Origin: Anaerolineae bacterium
GTDB lineage: Bacteria; Chloroflexota; Anaerolineae; UBA1429
Assembly: GCA_963675785.1 (NCBI GenBank)
Contig: OY776562.1
Coordinates: 128,001-192,000 of the forward strand
Length of the DNA: 64,000 bases
Direction: 5' to 3'
Below the pieces are notes generated by a model. It ran no database searches. It was not told the origin of the DNA and worked only from the letters and a program-made list of their open reading frames with translations. Shown here piece after piece: positions 40,131 to 50,773 of this stretch. Made by a program: the position numbers and the translations under genes. Within the stretch, counting starts at the first letter, position 1. Every line of letters starts with the position of its first letter.

Positions 40131-42128
40131 TTATTCTACAGGCGTGAGCGCAGAGAACATGATGCGATAGAGGCCGGTATCAGCAACGACCCAGGCAGTG
40201 CTTTCATTCTCGATAGCGAGTTGCGTGGCTTCCGGCACACTTGAATAGTACCAATCAGCCTCTGGCGTTCGGCAAGAGATTCCTGCTTTTGTCGCAAGCC
40301 AGAGGTTTCCTGTTGTATCGAACGCGAGATCGCGAATATCTGTAGATTGCAGGCCGCCCCCCGTGCTGTTGCTGGTTAGGATCACCCAGTTGGCGCCATC
40401 GTTGTTCCTAAACAGGCCTGAGGATGTCCCCGCCCACACAGCGCCGTCGGTGCCTACGGCGATCGTCTGAATGCCTTGCAGGGTTACATTTTCCTGAGGC
40501 GCAAGTTCTGTAATGGCATTGTCTTCACCCATCTTGTATATGTGCCCGGCCGTAGCCAGGTAGAGCTCCTGGTTGGGGCCGATTGCCATATCAACGAGGG
40601 GATCACCAGTGACATCGAGGATATTCATGACCGTTTGCCACGTTCCATCGAGTGTCCAAAGGGTGCCGTCTGAAGTGTAGGCCCAACCACGTTCTGCAAA
40701 AACTGCCGTCACAATATCGTGACCTTCCAGAACGGGCTGATTAGCATCTGTGCTCGCCAGCAATCCTGAAATGCTGTACCAGGCAGTGCCGCTCAGGTTG
40801 CTGAGCCACAAGGGTTCCAGGGTAGTTAGCACTTTTAGATTCTCGTTACTGGCTTGTACAAGGCCGTCATCAGTTGCCAGCAATACGCCTTTGTCTGACC
40901 AGGCCACATCATAGATATTGCCCAAGGCAGTCGATTCAGAGATCAGCCAGGGGCCCTCTACTTCTGATGCCTGGTTTATGCGGATGATGCCACGGTTGGT
41001 CCCTAACCAGCGTTTGCCTGTGCCGTCTATAAAAGAGCAGTAGACGGTGATGTCTTCAAAAATCATCTCTTGCCAGGCAGTGTCGGCCTCTTTTATGGCC
41101 AATCCGTCTGCCCCCCAGATGCAAAGCGATTGATCGTCGCCAATTTGGATGCCCAAAACCTGGCTGGGAATGGCAGAATTGAGTGCATGGGCATAGCCGG
41201 TCCAACGCTCCAGATCAGGATCCAAATTACACAATCCGCCAGACGTGCCATCAGTTGCCGTAAAAGAGAGCCAAACGCGCTCCTGATTATCTGTGGAGAT
41301 GCCCGTTACGCTCGCTGCATTGGGGATGTCGGCAAATAGGGTGTGATCTTGCCACCAAACGTATCCTTCAATCGTTGTGCAAAGGCCGTCGCCCAGAGCC
41401 CATACTCTGCCTTGTTTAGAGACGGTAACGCGCGAAATGTTGTCTCGTACGCCCGAATAAGAACCGTATGTTCGCCACACAGAGCCGTCGTAGGCCTGCA
41501 CACGGCCGTTTTCTGAAGGTATCCAAACCCACCCTGTGACTTGGCTTGCTGCCCACATACTGGTATCTGCATGCAGAGGTATTTGCATTTCGACAAAAGC
41601 CGATTCTACAGCGTCAGTTCGGGAGAGACTGGTCCACTCTTGCCCATTCAGATAGGTCCACTCTAGGCGGTCTTCGTAGCAAATCCACAAGCGGTTGGCT
41701 CCATCAATAGACAAAGCGGCGATGGATGTAGACAGCAGCCCTTGCTCGGTGCCAATAATCTCATATTGCTGCATGTCTGTCGTCCAGCGCACAAGTCCTG
41801 CTGGCGTGGCAGCCCAGATGCTTGCTCCATCAGAAACCAATGAAGAAACTATGTTGGCGTTAATCCATGATTGCAGAGGTGCGTCGCTGATGGTGAATCC
41901 CTGGACTTCTGGTGCGGGTGTGACGGTGGGTGCAAGTGATTCGCCGTCCGTAGTCGGCCAAAAGGGTTCAAGCGACGCTGTTTCCACAGGGGCAATCGGC
42001 GTTGCTGTTTCGTTCTCTGTGCAGCCCGTGCCAAAGAGGCTCCCGGCGAGAATTGTTGCGGATACAAATAGTATTGTGGTCAAGCGAATATGTGATTTCA
42101 CGGGCCCAGTATAAGTGCGAGTTTGCAT
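40131..42128 (-). CDS. Putative lipoprotein with ligand-binding beta-propeller repeats (two-component regulator propeller-like)
   Basis: Lipobox-like LFGTGC; repeats such as IAALSIDGANRLW, IRDLAFDTTGNLWLATKAGI, IAVGTDGAVWAGTSSGL. Start uncertain. Confidence 0.75.
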   Translation of the reverse strand: MQTRTYTGPVKSHIRLTTILFVSATILAGSLFGTGCTENETATPIAPVETASLEPFWPTTDGESLAPTVTPAPEVQGFTISDAPLQSWINANIVSSLVSDGASIWAATPAGLVRWTTDMQQYEIIGTEQGLLSTSIAALSIDGANRLWICYEDRLEWTYLNGQEWTSLSRTDAVESAFVEMQIPLHADTSMWAASQVTGWVWIPSENGRVQAYDGSVWRTYGSYSGVRDNISRVTVSKQGRVWALGDGLCTTIEGYVWWQDHTLFADIPNAASVTGISTDNQERVWLSFTATDGTSGGLCNLDPDLERWTGYAHALNSAIPSQVLGIQIGDDQSLCIWGADGLAIKEADTAWQEMIFEDITVYCSFIDGTGKRWLGTNRGIIRINQASEVEGPWLISESTALGNIYDVAWSDKGVLLATDDGLVQASNENLKVLTTLEPLWLSNLSGTAWYSISGLLASTDANQPVLEGHDIVTAVFAERGWAYTSDGTLWTLDGTWQTVMNILDVTGDPLVDMAIGPNQELYLATAGHIYKMGEDNAITELAPQENVTLQGIQTIAVGTDGAVWAGTSSGLFRNNDGANWVILTSNSTGGGLQSTDIRDLAFDTTGNLWLATKAGISCRTPEADWYYSSVPEATQLAIENESTAWVVADTGLYRIMFSALTPVE

Positions 42129-42208
42129 ACGAGCAAGATTGCCCTTTGCTTCACAACGCAGTTCTACTGATGTACAATGCTGCCAGTGGCAGCCATGGAG
42201 ATGATACT

Positions 42209-43678
42209 TTGGCCAGAAAAGCAATTAGCACAAGCCTGCTCCTATTTGCCGTAGTAGGCCCGCTCTTGTACGGTCTCAGCTTTCTCTCGCTCGGCGTGGC
42301 GCTGATGCGTATTGAGACTCTCAGATTGATCGTAATGTTTCTGGTGGTATCCCTGTCGATTGGCGCGGGAGCTTTTCTTGCTGCTAGTCGAGGAACCGCC
42401 GTTTTTCTGCGGATTGCCGGGGCCATATCAGTTCTGGCGATGATGGCTTTATTGGGCTGGTCGTGGCGGGTATGGGCTACGGAATTCGACCAAGTTCTGG
42501 TGGATACGGCCATGGAGCCCATCGCCACGAATCAGGTGGGGATATTGTTTGCACCTTTGGATGATTCCGCAACGGCAACAGATGTGATCCGTCAGATCGA
42601 GGATACGGTCAATGTTGTCCTTTCCAAGAATGGATTGCGGTCTGAAGTCGGTTTTCGACGCGTGTATCCTATTTCAAGTTTTGAGCAGGCCGAGCGCTTG
42701 GCGACGGCGCTCAATGCGAATATTGTGGTTTGGCAACGCCAGGTATCTGGCGTGCCGATCATTCACGAGTGGCACATTAGCGTCATGGGTGCGGATGAGA
42801 CACTTGTTGATCCGGATGCAGAGTCTCTACTTTGTTTCCTCCTTACTCAGGGCGATATCGTCATTCAGACTTCTTCAGATGTCGAGAATGACTCTGACAT
42901 GTTGTTGGCTGTCAGCGAGGTTACTGCCGGTTTTGCAGCTTTGGCGGTGGGCGATCCAGTTTTAGCTGCCTCAGAATTCCATTATGCTTACGAGAGTGAG
43001 TTGCTGCCTGATTCTTCCAAAGAGGCTATTCAGGGCTATCGGGGTATAGCACTCTTGTCTGCTGATAGAATGGATCTGGCTGCTGAAGAGTTTGCTGCGT
43101 TGGATACCGCCTATGCTTGGACGGGCCAGGCTTGCATAAGCATGTTTGACCGCGATTGGAACGCCGCTCGGGATAACCTCGAGTGTGCAGTGGCCCGCGA
43201 TCCGTATTTCGCCCCGGCCTATTGTGGTCTGGGGATTGTCAGTGTCCGCCTATTAGATATTGATTCGGCATTGAATGCCTATGACGAGGCAATTGCCCTT
43301 GAACCAAATTGGGGCGTTCCTCATGCATTAAAAGCGATGGCGTATGAGCTTCTCGGCGATTCTGAGACCGCCGCCGCCGAATATCAGCTATGTGTACAGC
43401 TTGCCGGGCCTAATGGGGCGCTTCAGCGAGAAGCTGCCGAGTTCGGCACAATAGTGGTAGAGAATCCGCCTACAGCAGTACCTACTGCAACGCCCAAGCC
43501 CACAGCAACACCGACGCCATTCCCCACTTCAGGCGTTCATATTGTCGAATCCGGCGATACAGTGGCTGGTATTGCCGATGAATATGGTGTTACCATCGAT
43601 GACCTGGTTAGTGTGAACAATCTTGAAGATCCGAACTCTTTGAGCATAGGGGACATTCTGATCATTCCCGATTTCTAA
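42209..43678 (+). CDS. Membrane protein with TPR repeats, Pro/Thr linker and C-terminal LysM domain
   Basis: TTG start after GGAG; about 3 TM helices; TPR-like AY.GLG...A...Y..AI.L.P; HIVESGDTVAGIADEYGVTIDDL...N. Confidence 0.8.
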   Translation: MARKAISTSLLLFAVVGPLLYGLSFLSLGVALMRIETLRLIVMFLVVSLSIGAGAFLAASRGTAVFLRIAGAISVLAMMALLGWSWRVWATEFDQVLVDTAMEPIATNQVGILFAPLDDSATATDVIRQIEDTVNVVLSKNGLRSEVGFRRVYPISSFEQAERLATALNANIVVWQRQVSGVPIIHEWHISVMGADETLVDPDAESLLCFLLTQGDIVIQTSSDVENDSDMLLAVSEVTAGFAALAVGDPVLAASEFHYAYESELLPDSSKEAIQGYRGIALLSADRMDLAAEEFAALDTAYAWTGQACISMFDRDWNAARDNLECAVARDPYFAPAYCGLGIVSVRLLDIDSALNAYDEAIALEPNWGVPHALKAMAYELLGDSETAAAEYQLCVQLAGPNGALQREAAEFGTIVVENPPTAVPTATPKPTATPTPFPTSGVHIVESGDTVAGIADEYGVTIDDLVSVNNLEDPNSLSIGDILIIPDF

Positions 43679-43759
43679 GGCTGCTGGGCTTTGCTTGGGG
43701 GATGGAGCGTTCGAGTGCTATAATATGCCAAACAATGAACAACCATCAGGAGGTGAGTG

Positions 43760-44521
43760 ATGTCTGGACACAGCAAGTGGTCCACCATCAAGCGCGCAAA
43801 GGGTGCCAATGACGCCAAGCGTGGTGCACTCTTTACAAAGTTAGCACGCGAGATCGTGATTGCTGCCAAAGAAGGCGGGGCGGATATTGAGTCGAACTTT
43901 CGGCTACGTCTGGTCATTGACAAAGCTCGTTCGGCAAATATGCCCAAGGATAACATTGAACGCGCGATCAAGCGTGGGGCGGGCCAGCTCGACGGCGAGG
44001 CCGAAATCCTCGAAATCATTTATGAGGGTTATGGTCCAGGTGGAATAGCCATGTTGGTTGAGGTGGCTACCGATAACAAAAATCGGGCAGTCTCCGAAGT
44101 GCGACATACCTTTTCGCGCTTTGGTGGAAACCTCGGCTCTGATGGCTGCGTTGCCTGGATGTTCTCTCGCAAGGGGCAACTGGTCATCGATCCAGGAGAC
44201 AGTGATCCCGAAGAGGTTGCCTTGGAGGCCATTGACGCAGGCGCCGAGGATTTTGAGATCATCGAGGGCGGTTTGGAAATAACCACCGATCTTGGCGATT
44301 TCAAGGCCGTTCAAGAGGCTATGGCTGCCGCAACGTATAATATCGAATCAGCCGAGCTTGTTTGGCTACCTCAAACCTATGCTGAGCTTGATGAAAAGGA
44401 TGCTCTGCGCGGTTTAAAGCTGGCTGAGGCGCTCGAAGACTTGGATGATGTACAGAGTGTCTATTCCAACGTCGATATTTCCGACGAATTGATGGCAAAG
44501 TACACCGGCGAAGCTGCCTAA
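43760..44521 (+). CDS. yebC: YebC/PmpR-family protein
   Basis: MSGHSKWSTIK, YEGYGPGG, TDNKNR, LEDLDDVQSVYSN. Confidence 0.96.
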   Translation: MSGHSKWSTIKRAKGANDAKRGALFTKLAREIVIAAKEGGADIESNFRLRLVIDKARSANMPKDNIERAIKRGAGQLDGEAEILEIIYEGYGPGGIAMLVEVATDNKNRAVSEVRHTFSRFGGNLGSDGCVAWMFSRKGQLVIDPGDSDPEEVALEAIDAGAEDFEIIEGGLEITTDLGDFKAVQEAMAAATYNIESAELVWLPQTYAELDEKDALRGLKLAEALEDLDDVQSVYSNVDISDELMAKYTGEAA

Positions 44522-45015
44522 TGCTGGTATTGGGCATCGATCCTGGCATCGCAATTACGGGCTATGGCCTGGTGGCAAGCGATGGACAGGCACTCAAGCC
44601 GGTCGCTTTTGGCGTTTTGCGTACACCCGCACACACGCCAACGGCTGACCGGCTTATTATGCTGTATGATCAGCTTCAAGAGTTGATTGGTGAATTCAAC
44701 CCCGATGTGGCGGCTGTGGAACAATTATTTTTTTGGTCTAACGTGACAACAGCTATGAACGTAAGCGAGGCGCGAGGTGTTATCAAACTCGTGTTAGCAC
44801 AGCGGAGTTTGCCTAATTCGGAATACACCCCCATGCAAGTCAAACAGGCTGTTACTGGCTACGGCAAGGCAGACAAAGCTCAGGTGCAAAGCATGGTCAA
44901 AATGCTCTTGTGCCTGGAAGAGACCCCCCGTCCTGACGATGCTGCCGATGCTCTGGCCGTTGCTATTTGCCATATCTCCTTTGATCGTTTTGGTATAGCA
45001 AGGAGTAGTTCATGA
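44521..45015 (+). CDS. ruvC: Holliday junction resolvase
   Basis: LGIDPG...TGYG, VEQLFF, EARGV, GYGKADK.QV, DDAADALA.A.CH. Confidence 0.97.
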   Translation: MLVLGIDPGIAITGYGLVASDGQALKPVAFGVLRTPAHTPTADRLIMLYDQLQELIGEFNPDVAAVEQLFFWSNVTTAMNVSEARGVIKLVLAQRSLPNSEYTPMQVKQAVTGYGKADKAQVQSMVKMLLCLEETPRPDDAADALAVAICHISFDRFGIARSSS

Positions 45016-45593
45016 TCTCTATGCTTACGGGGATTGTGATGGGAAGCGACGAAAATGCGCTTATTCTGGATGTTTCTGGCGTGGGTTTTGCCGTGAATGT
45101 GCCCGAACGGCTTGTGGGAGAGACCCGCATGGGCCATGAACTCAAGCTTTATACCCATATGGTAGTACGAGAAGGCGACATCTCTCTTTATGGGTTTGCT
45201 ATACGTGAAGAGTTGAGCATTTTTCGCCTTTTGATCGGGGTATCTGGTATTGGTCCCAGAACAGCTCTTGCGGCAATTTCTGCTTATGCACCAGAGACTC
45301 TTCGAACTGTTATCGCCAGCGGAGATGCCATTGCTTTAGCCAGAGTGCCGGGTATTGGCAAAAAGACGGCGCAGCGGCTGGTGCTGGACTTGGGGGATAA
45401 ACTGGGGGGCGTTGGCCTGGATATGGTCTCAAGTCTGAGTGGCATTGGCAATGCTGAAGTCATCTCTGCCCTAACTACACTGGGGTACAGCCTTGCTGAG
45501 GCGCGCGCCGCGGATGAAGCTGTGCCGACCGAGGTAACTGATTTAGATGAGCGTATTCTGCAGGCGTTGCGTTATATGGGGCAAGGGCTCTAG
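45012..45593 (+). CDS. ruvA: Holliday junction branch migration protein
   Basis: VREGDISLYGF, VSGIGPRTA, VPGIGKKTAQR, AL..LGY. Confidence 0.97.
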   Translation: MISMLTGIVMGSDENALILDVSGVGFAVNVPERLVGETRMGHELKLYTHMVVREGDISLYGFAIREELSIFRLLIGVSGIGPRTALAAISAYAPETLRTVIASGDAIALARVPGIGKKTAQRLVLDLGDKLGGVGLDMVSSLSGIGNAEVISALTTLGYSLAEARAADEAVPTEVTDLDERILQALRYMGQGL

Positions 45594-45603
45594 CCTCTGT
45601 CAG

Positions 45604-46902
45604 CTAGCTACCCGGATTTAGAAACTGTGCCAGTACAGCAAAAACGGGATCATACTGAAAGTAGGAATATTGGCCGCAGAACCATTGAATGGTCCCATCA
45701 TCCATGAGCACTTCGTAGGGATCGTATTGCCACAGCAAATAACCGTCGACACCGTTCGCTAAGGAACGCTCCAGATCCTCTTGTATGGCTGCTGCTCTTT
45801 CCTCAAAAACGCCATCATATAGTTTATGGCAGTTTTCGTTATACCCCAGGTAATAGATTTCTCCGATGAACACTGGCTTGTTTAGTTCTGCAGCCAGTTC
45901 CATCTCTGCGGTTTTATTCTCATCGGTGGCGTCTCGGTGAATGCTGACGATATCAATCGTATCCAACGCGTGCATACGGTCATAGTTTGTCTGTTCTGCC
46001 TCAGTCCACATGCGATGGTTTGTTCCCACCGAGATCAGATGGTTGGGATCCAGCTCTTTGATGAGCGAGGATACATCTTGTGCCCAGGCGTACATAAAGT
46101 CGGCACAATCCTGACTTCCATTTTCTGGACCGCATCCGGGTTCGTTCATGAGCTCCCAGGCGAGGATTTCAGGCCTATCTTTGAAACGACTGACGGTTTC
46201 GATGACGTGGGGGATGTCTTCTGTGAGATATTCCTCTGCAAACCACATTTGAGATTTATAATAGTAATAGTCCTGCAGCGTTACGATGAAGCGAATCCCC
46301 AGCTCTCCGCCAATATCCAAGACTTTCTCAAGGCGATCGAGATCGTGCCCCGGCTTGAAGAATAAACGGATTGCATTTACACCGCCTGTTTCTGCGAGAT
46401 AGGTCAATATGGGCTCTATTTGATTCTCTGGGAAGTAGGTTTCGGTAAGATAGGTTGCGTTCACACCGATGAAAATATAGGGTTGGCCATCGACATAGAG
46501 ATTTTGATCGACAGCATACACAAAGGATTGCTTCGTCGCTGCCTGAATAATCAAATCTGATTCGCTCAGTGTGGGCGTAGGTGTAGCCATGGCCGTTGAA
46601 CTGGGAGTAGGCAGGTTGGGAAGCAAATCAGCGCCGTCTGCTATTTGCGGCAGGTTGACGGCGTAGGTACTTTCTGGCGTAAGGGTTTCTGTTGCTGTAG
46701 CCGATAGGGTGGGTGTAGATGTATCAGCCTGAGCAACTGTTGTTCGAGGGGCTGTTGGTGTTCCGGTTACTTCTATTGTGGGCGTCGTATTTACAGGAAT
46801 GCCTGTGTCCACGAACAACGAGCTTCCAGCAGAGACGACCAGAATCAGAGCTGAGGTCAGCAGGGATATTATCCATCGTTTACGCGAGCGAGTTTTATTC
46901 AT
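45604..46902 (-). CDS. Exported glycoside hydrolase, GH5-like (mannanase/cellulase clan A), with Thr/Pro linker
   Basis: N-terminal signal/anchor; FIGVN; acid/base WELMNEP; nucleophile PVFIGE; YLLWQ. Confidence 0.85.
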   Translation of the reverse strand: MNKTRSRKRWIISLLTSALILVVSAGSSLFVDTGIPVNTTPTIEVTGTPTAPRTTVAQADTSTPTLSATATETLTPESTYAVNLPQIADGADLLPNLPTPSSTAMATPTPTLSESDLIIQAATKQSFVYAVDQNLYVDGQPYIFIGVNATYLTETYFPENQIEPILTYLAETGGVNAIRLFFKPGHDLDRLEKVLDIGGELGIRFIVTLQDYYYYKSQMWFAEEYLTEDIPHVIETVSRFKDRPEILAWELMNEPGCGPENGSQDCADFMYAWAQDVSSLIKELDPNHLISVGTNHRMWTEAEQTNYDRMHALDTIDIVSIHRDATDENKTAEMELAAELNKPVFIGEIYYLGYNENCHKLYDGVFEERAAAIQEDLERSLANGVDGYLLWQYDPYEVLMDDGTIQWFCGQYSYFQYDPVFAVLAQFLNPGS

Positions 46903-46936
46903 ACTACTTGAACGCGGTTAATGCACGCAGGTTCCA

Positions 46937-48223
46937 TCATAGACTGGTTGCCGTAAGTTGATCCAAAAGCCAGCCAAGTGGCGAAGAGACCAATACAGGT
47001 ACAAAACCCAGCACAAAAATAGCGGCCGCCATAATGCCTGCAATGATCATCTCTGGTTCGCGCTTGACTGCATGGGTAGATTCCGTAGTTAGAATCCATC
47101 CGAGTGCGGCAATAAAGGGAACCACACTGCTGACGAGTACAAGAACTGCAAGTGCCGGCGATGTTGTTGCGATATTCCTGCTGATGAGCAACTGGGATGC
47201 AAAACCGGCAGTACCCGGAAGGCCGCAAAGAGAGGCAATCATAATGCCAAAAAGGCCGAGCCGCCATCTGGCAATGGGCTCTTGGGTGCGAAATACAACG
47301 AGTGCGGCTCCGCTCAAGGCAATGGCATGAAATATACTCTGGGCTATTGCGGCAACAAGAGCTTGTCCTGGCTCCTGAGCTATTGCGGCAATGATCATGC
47401 CAGTATCTGCCAGAGCAGCCCCATAGAGTATCCAACCCGGATTTTTCCGTACGAATGACACAATAGCCCCGCCCACGCAGCCAGCGACACCAACAAGAGT
47501 TAGTACCAATTGTGCGGTTGTGCTCAAAGTTAGTGACGCATCAATCTTCCATGACGCAAACAGTGCTATCGCCGCCAAAGGGATGATACCGCCCAACATG
47601 GTCAGTTGGAAAGGGTTTGCTCTTCTAATGATAGGCGCTAGCCAGGCCTGAAAGGGTACTGCACCGAGAAGAAGCAAAAGGGTGACATTCATGATGACAG
47701 CTGCATTTTGCGCGGTAAGCAGAACGCCACTGGTGCTTCCCCTATCGACAGCCTGTGCAGACAGAATCAGTGTGACCAGCGACAGGATAGCTATGGGGAG
47801 AATTCTTTTACGAGACAAAGTTTCATCCTCAGATGGAACAAGCACCGTAATGATGAGTGCGGCGCCGAACAAGAGGCTGGCAATGACCACATTTCTCATG
47901 ATGAGTGCCGAGATTAACAATGCCAGATCAATCCCAATCACCCCTAACTTTTGGGGCGAGCCATCCTTATTCAGGCTGGAATACCATGCCACCATGCTCA
48001 GCAAACCGGTACTAACGCAGATGATCAGTGCTGTCAGTGGGGTTGTCCCAATGGTGCGCCCCATCACCACAAAAGCTCTGGAATCACCGATGATGAGCTG
48101 TGAGATGCATACCGCTGAAAGGAGGACAGCAAAAACAAGTGATGCCAAACGCTTTTTGGTAGCACACACATCCGTTAATACGGCTGCAAGCGCAATCGCG
48201 ACTGGGATGAGCAGTTGGATCAT
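46937..48223 (-). CDS. Degenerate proton-conducting-transporter-like membrane subunit (NuoN/MrpD-like)
   Basis: GAVPFQAWL, LYGAALADTGMI and SLCGLPGTAGF resemble antiporter-subunit motifs; highly hydrophobic. Confidence 0.7.
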   Translation of the reverse strand: MIQLLIPVAIALAAVLTDVCATKKRLASLVFAVLLSAVCISQLIIGDSRAFVVMGRTIGTTPLTALIICVSTGLLSMVAWYSSLNKDGSPQKLGVIGIDLALLISALIMRNVVIASLLFGAALIITVLVPSEDETLSRKRILPIAILSLVTLILSAQAVDRGSTSGVLLTAQNAAVIMNVTLLLLLGAVPFQAWLAPIIRRANPFQLTMLGGIIPLAAIALFASWKIDASLTLSTTAQLVLTLVGVAGCVGGAIVSFVRKNPGWILYGAALADTGMIIAAIAQEPGQALVAAIAQSIFHAIALSGAALVVFRTQEPIARWRLGLFGIMIASLCGLPGTAGFASQLLISRNIATTSPALAVLVLVSSVVPFIAALGWILTTESTHAVKREPEMIIAGIMAAAIFVLGFVPVLVSSPLGWLLDQLTATSL

Positions 48224-48837
48224 TCGTCTACCCCAGGTGACTGGAGGGAAAGTGTTGCTGCTACATAGCCTGCCAGAATCATAATCAGGCTTGCAAGAGC
48301 AACGACGAGCAGGCTGGTTTCAATATGCAGATATAGGCCGAAGGCTCCGTTGAGAAAGGAAATTGCTCCTAACGCATACAGGCTTCGTCTCCGTTGCAAC
48401 AGCAGCACCAAACCAATGACGATCAACCAATAAAACGCCAGATTTGCGGCAGCCGGAATACCGTCAATGGGCATCAAAGTCCAGACACCATAGCTAATCA
48501 TAGCGGCAAGCAAGAGGGTAAAGCCATCAAAAAACAGTCCCATGCTCCGATTTTGGGAGTCGATTTCTGTTGAGGAGGCATTTTGGGGCATGGCCGTGCC
48601 TGATACGGCGAACAAACCGGCCACGCACAGCCCTACAATGACCCAGGCAGGCGCAAGAAGGACGTAGACAGCTTTGCCCAATAGCATACCGATCAGTACG
48701 TATTGAAGTAAAAGAGGAATCAGAACCCAGCGGCTGGATTCAAACACGTAAAACAATAGCACAGAAACAGCAAGTATTCCTGCCAGAGTTGCGGCTGAGA
48801 ACGCCGCCAATATGTTAGAGATGAGCTCGATAAACAA
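48220..48837 (-). CDS. Small polytopic membrane protein (possibly HyfE/NuoK-like)
   Basis: TTG start after AGGAG, 2 nt after the upstream stop; about 7 hydrophobic segments; stop overlaps the next start. Confidence 0.6.
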   Translation of the reverse strand: MFIELISNILAAFSAATLAGILAVSVLLFYVFESSRWVLIPLLLQYVLIGMLLGKAVYVLLAPAWVIVGLCVAGLFAVSGTAMPQNASSTEIDSQNRSMGLFFDGFTLLLAAMISYGVWTLMPIDGIPAAANLAFYWLIVIGLVLLLQRRRSLYALGAISFLNGAFGLYLHIETSLLVVALASLIMILAGYVAATLSLQSPGVDE

Positions 48838-48839
48838 TC

Positions 48840-50414
48840 TTAGCTCCTGCTTAATAGCAAGCTGATAATGGCAAACCCAACCAATATCCATGGCATAAAC
48901 CATTCGCCTTCAAGTGCCTGTTCTACCTGAACAAGCCCGTTGCCGATACCTCGCATTATTTTTGTGCTTGTAGTTTGCAAGGTATCCATCCTAAGGCCGT
49001 CTTCACGGTAGATGAGGGGCATTTTCCTTGATTGTGCCAACCGATATATCCCCAGTCCGGCACCAATTGTGGCTATCCACAACACATAGATGGGCCAACT
49101 AGATAGCGGCGGATACTCTGGCAAACCAAAGGACAGGACAAGGCGAGAGCCAATCCACGAAAGTGTTCTGGGTAGCAGGCCAAGCCCCATAAAGATTGTG
49201 GGAACGATGGCGTATGCAATCATTACAGGTATTGCGGTTTCGTTCCGCTCTTCTTTTGGGCGCTCAAAAAGCCGTTGCCATATGCTAGCAATCATCATAC
49301 TGGTTGCCAAGAAGAGCAATACGACGGCCCCCCATTCCCCAGCTACGTACAGATTATATAAAAAAGCTAGAGAAGCTAATCCAGAAAGTGCTCCAGGAAG
49401 GCCGCTAAGGCAGTATCCAGTAGCAAGTCGGATGGCCCGTGCAAGGCCTTGGCCAGATAACCGCAAAGGCGCGCATATGATGACAGAGATTGCCAGAACG
49501 GCAGTAACGTACAGCGCCATTGAAACCTGCGGTTGAGCAGATTGTATACCGAACCCACTGGCTACGAGGAGAAAAATCCAGTAATCACTCATGTGTTGGA
49601 GTTGTTTTTCTGTTTTGCGAAAATACAGCCAGGCGGAACCCAATGCCCCTACTAGGCTTATGGTTAGCAGCCAAGTCTCCAGAGGGAATTCGCCCGTTGC
49701 AAGGCGCACCAATCTTAGCCACAAAAGACCCCCACAGACAAGCGATAACAAGGAAAGCACCTGATTATTGAGTGACGTCTTGGCTCGTAATTGTGCTTGC
49801 GATAGAATGGTGATACTGGCAAGCGCAAGGGCAACCATCCCTCCGCCCGCAACTCTCTGGAAACTGAGCACCGAAGTTTCATTGTTGGCGCGCAAGAGAA
49901 CATCGGCGACGATCAAAGCTGTGATGGCAGTAAGGTCGGTTATCATCGTTTTCAGGCGTTCTCGTTTGTCGAGTTCTGGTGTTTGTCTCAGCAGGGCGTA
50001 GAACATGATTGCCACGGTTGCTGCTGTTAGGTTGCCTGCAAGAGCCAAGAGCACCGTGATCAGCAGACCTCCTGAAATAACCAGAGCATCCGATTGATCA
50101 ATCATTAGCCAACGTGTTGCGAGGATGACCGACATGCCAACACAAAAGAGGGCGATGCTCGAAAAACCAGGATAGGCATAGAGGAGAAAAAGGGTACTGC
50201 CAGTCCCCATAGATTTGCCCCAAGGGGAAAGCGTGGCCAATTCTGATCCAAAGAAACTTCCGACTATACTTATGGCCAGCTCTAGAACGAGCATCACCAA
50301 TAGAGTAATGCTCCTAATTCTTGAGTCTGCCTTACCTTTTATTGCAATAAGCAGCGCAGCAAGAGTTGGTATGGCAAGTAGGGTTATCATGGGAATGAGA
50401 CTTGACAATTGCAT
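48840..50414 (-). CDS. Large polytopic membrane protein, distant antiporter-subunit-like
   Basis: Many TM segments; CLSGLPGALSG resembles the SLAGLP motif; LGLLP near the C-terminus. Confidence 0.55.
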   Translation of the reverse strand: MQLSSLIPMITLLAIPTLAALLIAIKGKADSRIRSITLLVMLVLELAISIVGSFFGSELATLSPWGKSMGTGSTLFLLYAYPGFSSIALFCVGMSVILATRWLMIDQSDALVISGGLLITVLLALAGNLTAATVAIMFYALLRQTPELDKRERLKTMITDLTAITALIVADVLLRANNETSVLSFQRVAGGGMVALALASITILSQAQLRAKTSLNNQVLSLLSLVCGGLLWLRLVRLATGEFPLETWLLTISLVGALGSAWLYFRKTEKQLQHMSDYWIFLLVASGFGIQSAQPQVSMALYVTAVLAISVIICAPLRLSGQGLARAIRLATGYCLSGLPGALSGLASLAFLYNLYVAGEWGAVVLLFLATSMMIASIWQRLFERPKEERNETAIPVMIAYAIVPTIFMGLGLLPRTLSWIGSRLVLSFGLPEYPPLSSWPIYVLWIATIGAGLGIYRLAQSRKMPLIYREDGLRMDTLQTTSTKIMRGIGNGLVQVEQALEGEWFMPWILVGFAIISLLLSRS

Positions 50415-50773
50415 TGAACCTCAGGGCTAAATACCCCAATTATCCATGTGTTCAGTCGATTGTAGCATCGGCCAGTGTATCTGGCAAAGCATTTGCCCAA
50501 TAAAGGGCATAAAAACAACGATTTGGGAACAGTTCGTACTGTAAAAGTCGATCTCGCTCATTGGTGGGGAATGTGTCGCTGTGATTTATGGTGACACTAT
50601 CTTTTAATCGAGCGCGTAGAACCCTGAGTGTGCGCACATCTATTATTTGCCCATCCCATTGAAAGAACTTTATTACAAGTAATTCAGTTTTTTATAGTTG
50701 GCACATTTTGAAACTAGCTGCTCATGGGATATGATGCTCGAGATTCCAGAATTATTCGGAGGACATAGATAGT

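Noticed and set aside
46899-47435. Cys-rich 178-aa ORF on the minus strand
   Set aside because: Alternative-frame shadow of the Ala/Leu/Val-rich membrane gene 46937-48223; Cys richness follows from shifted GCx/GTx codons.
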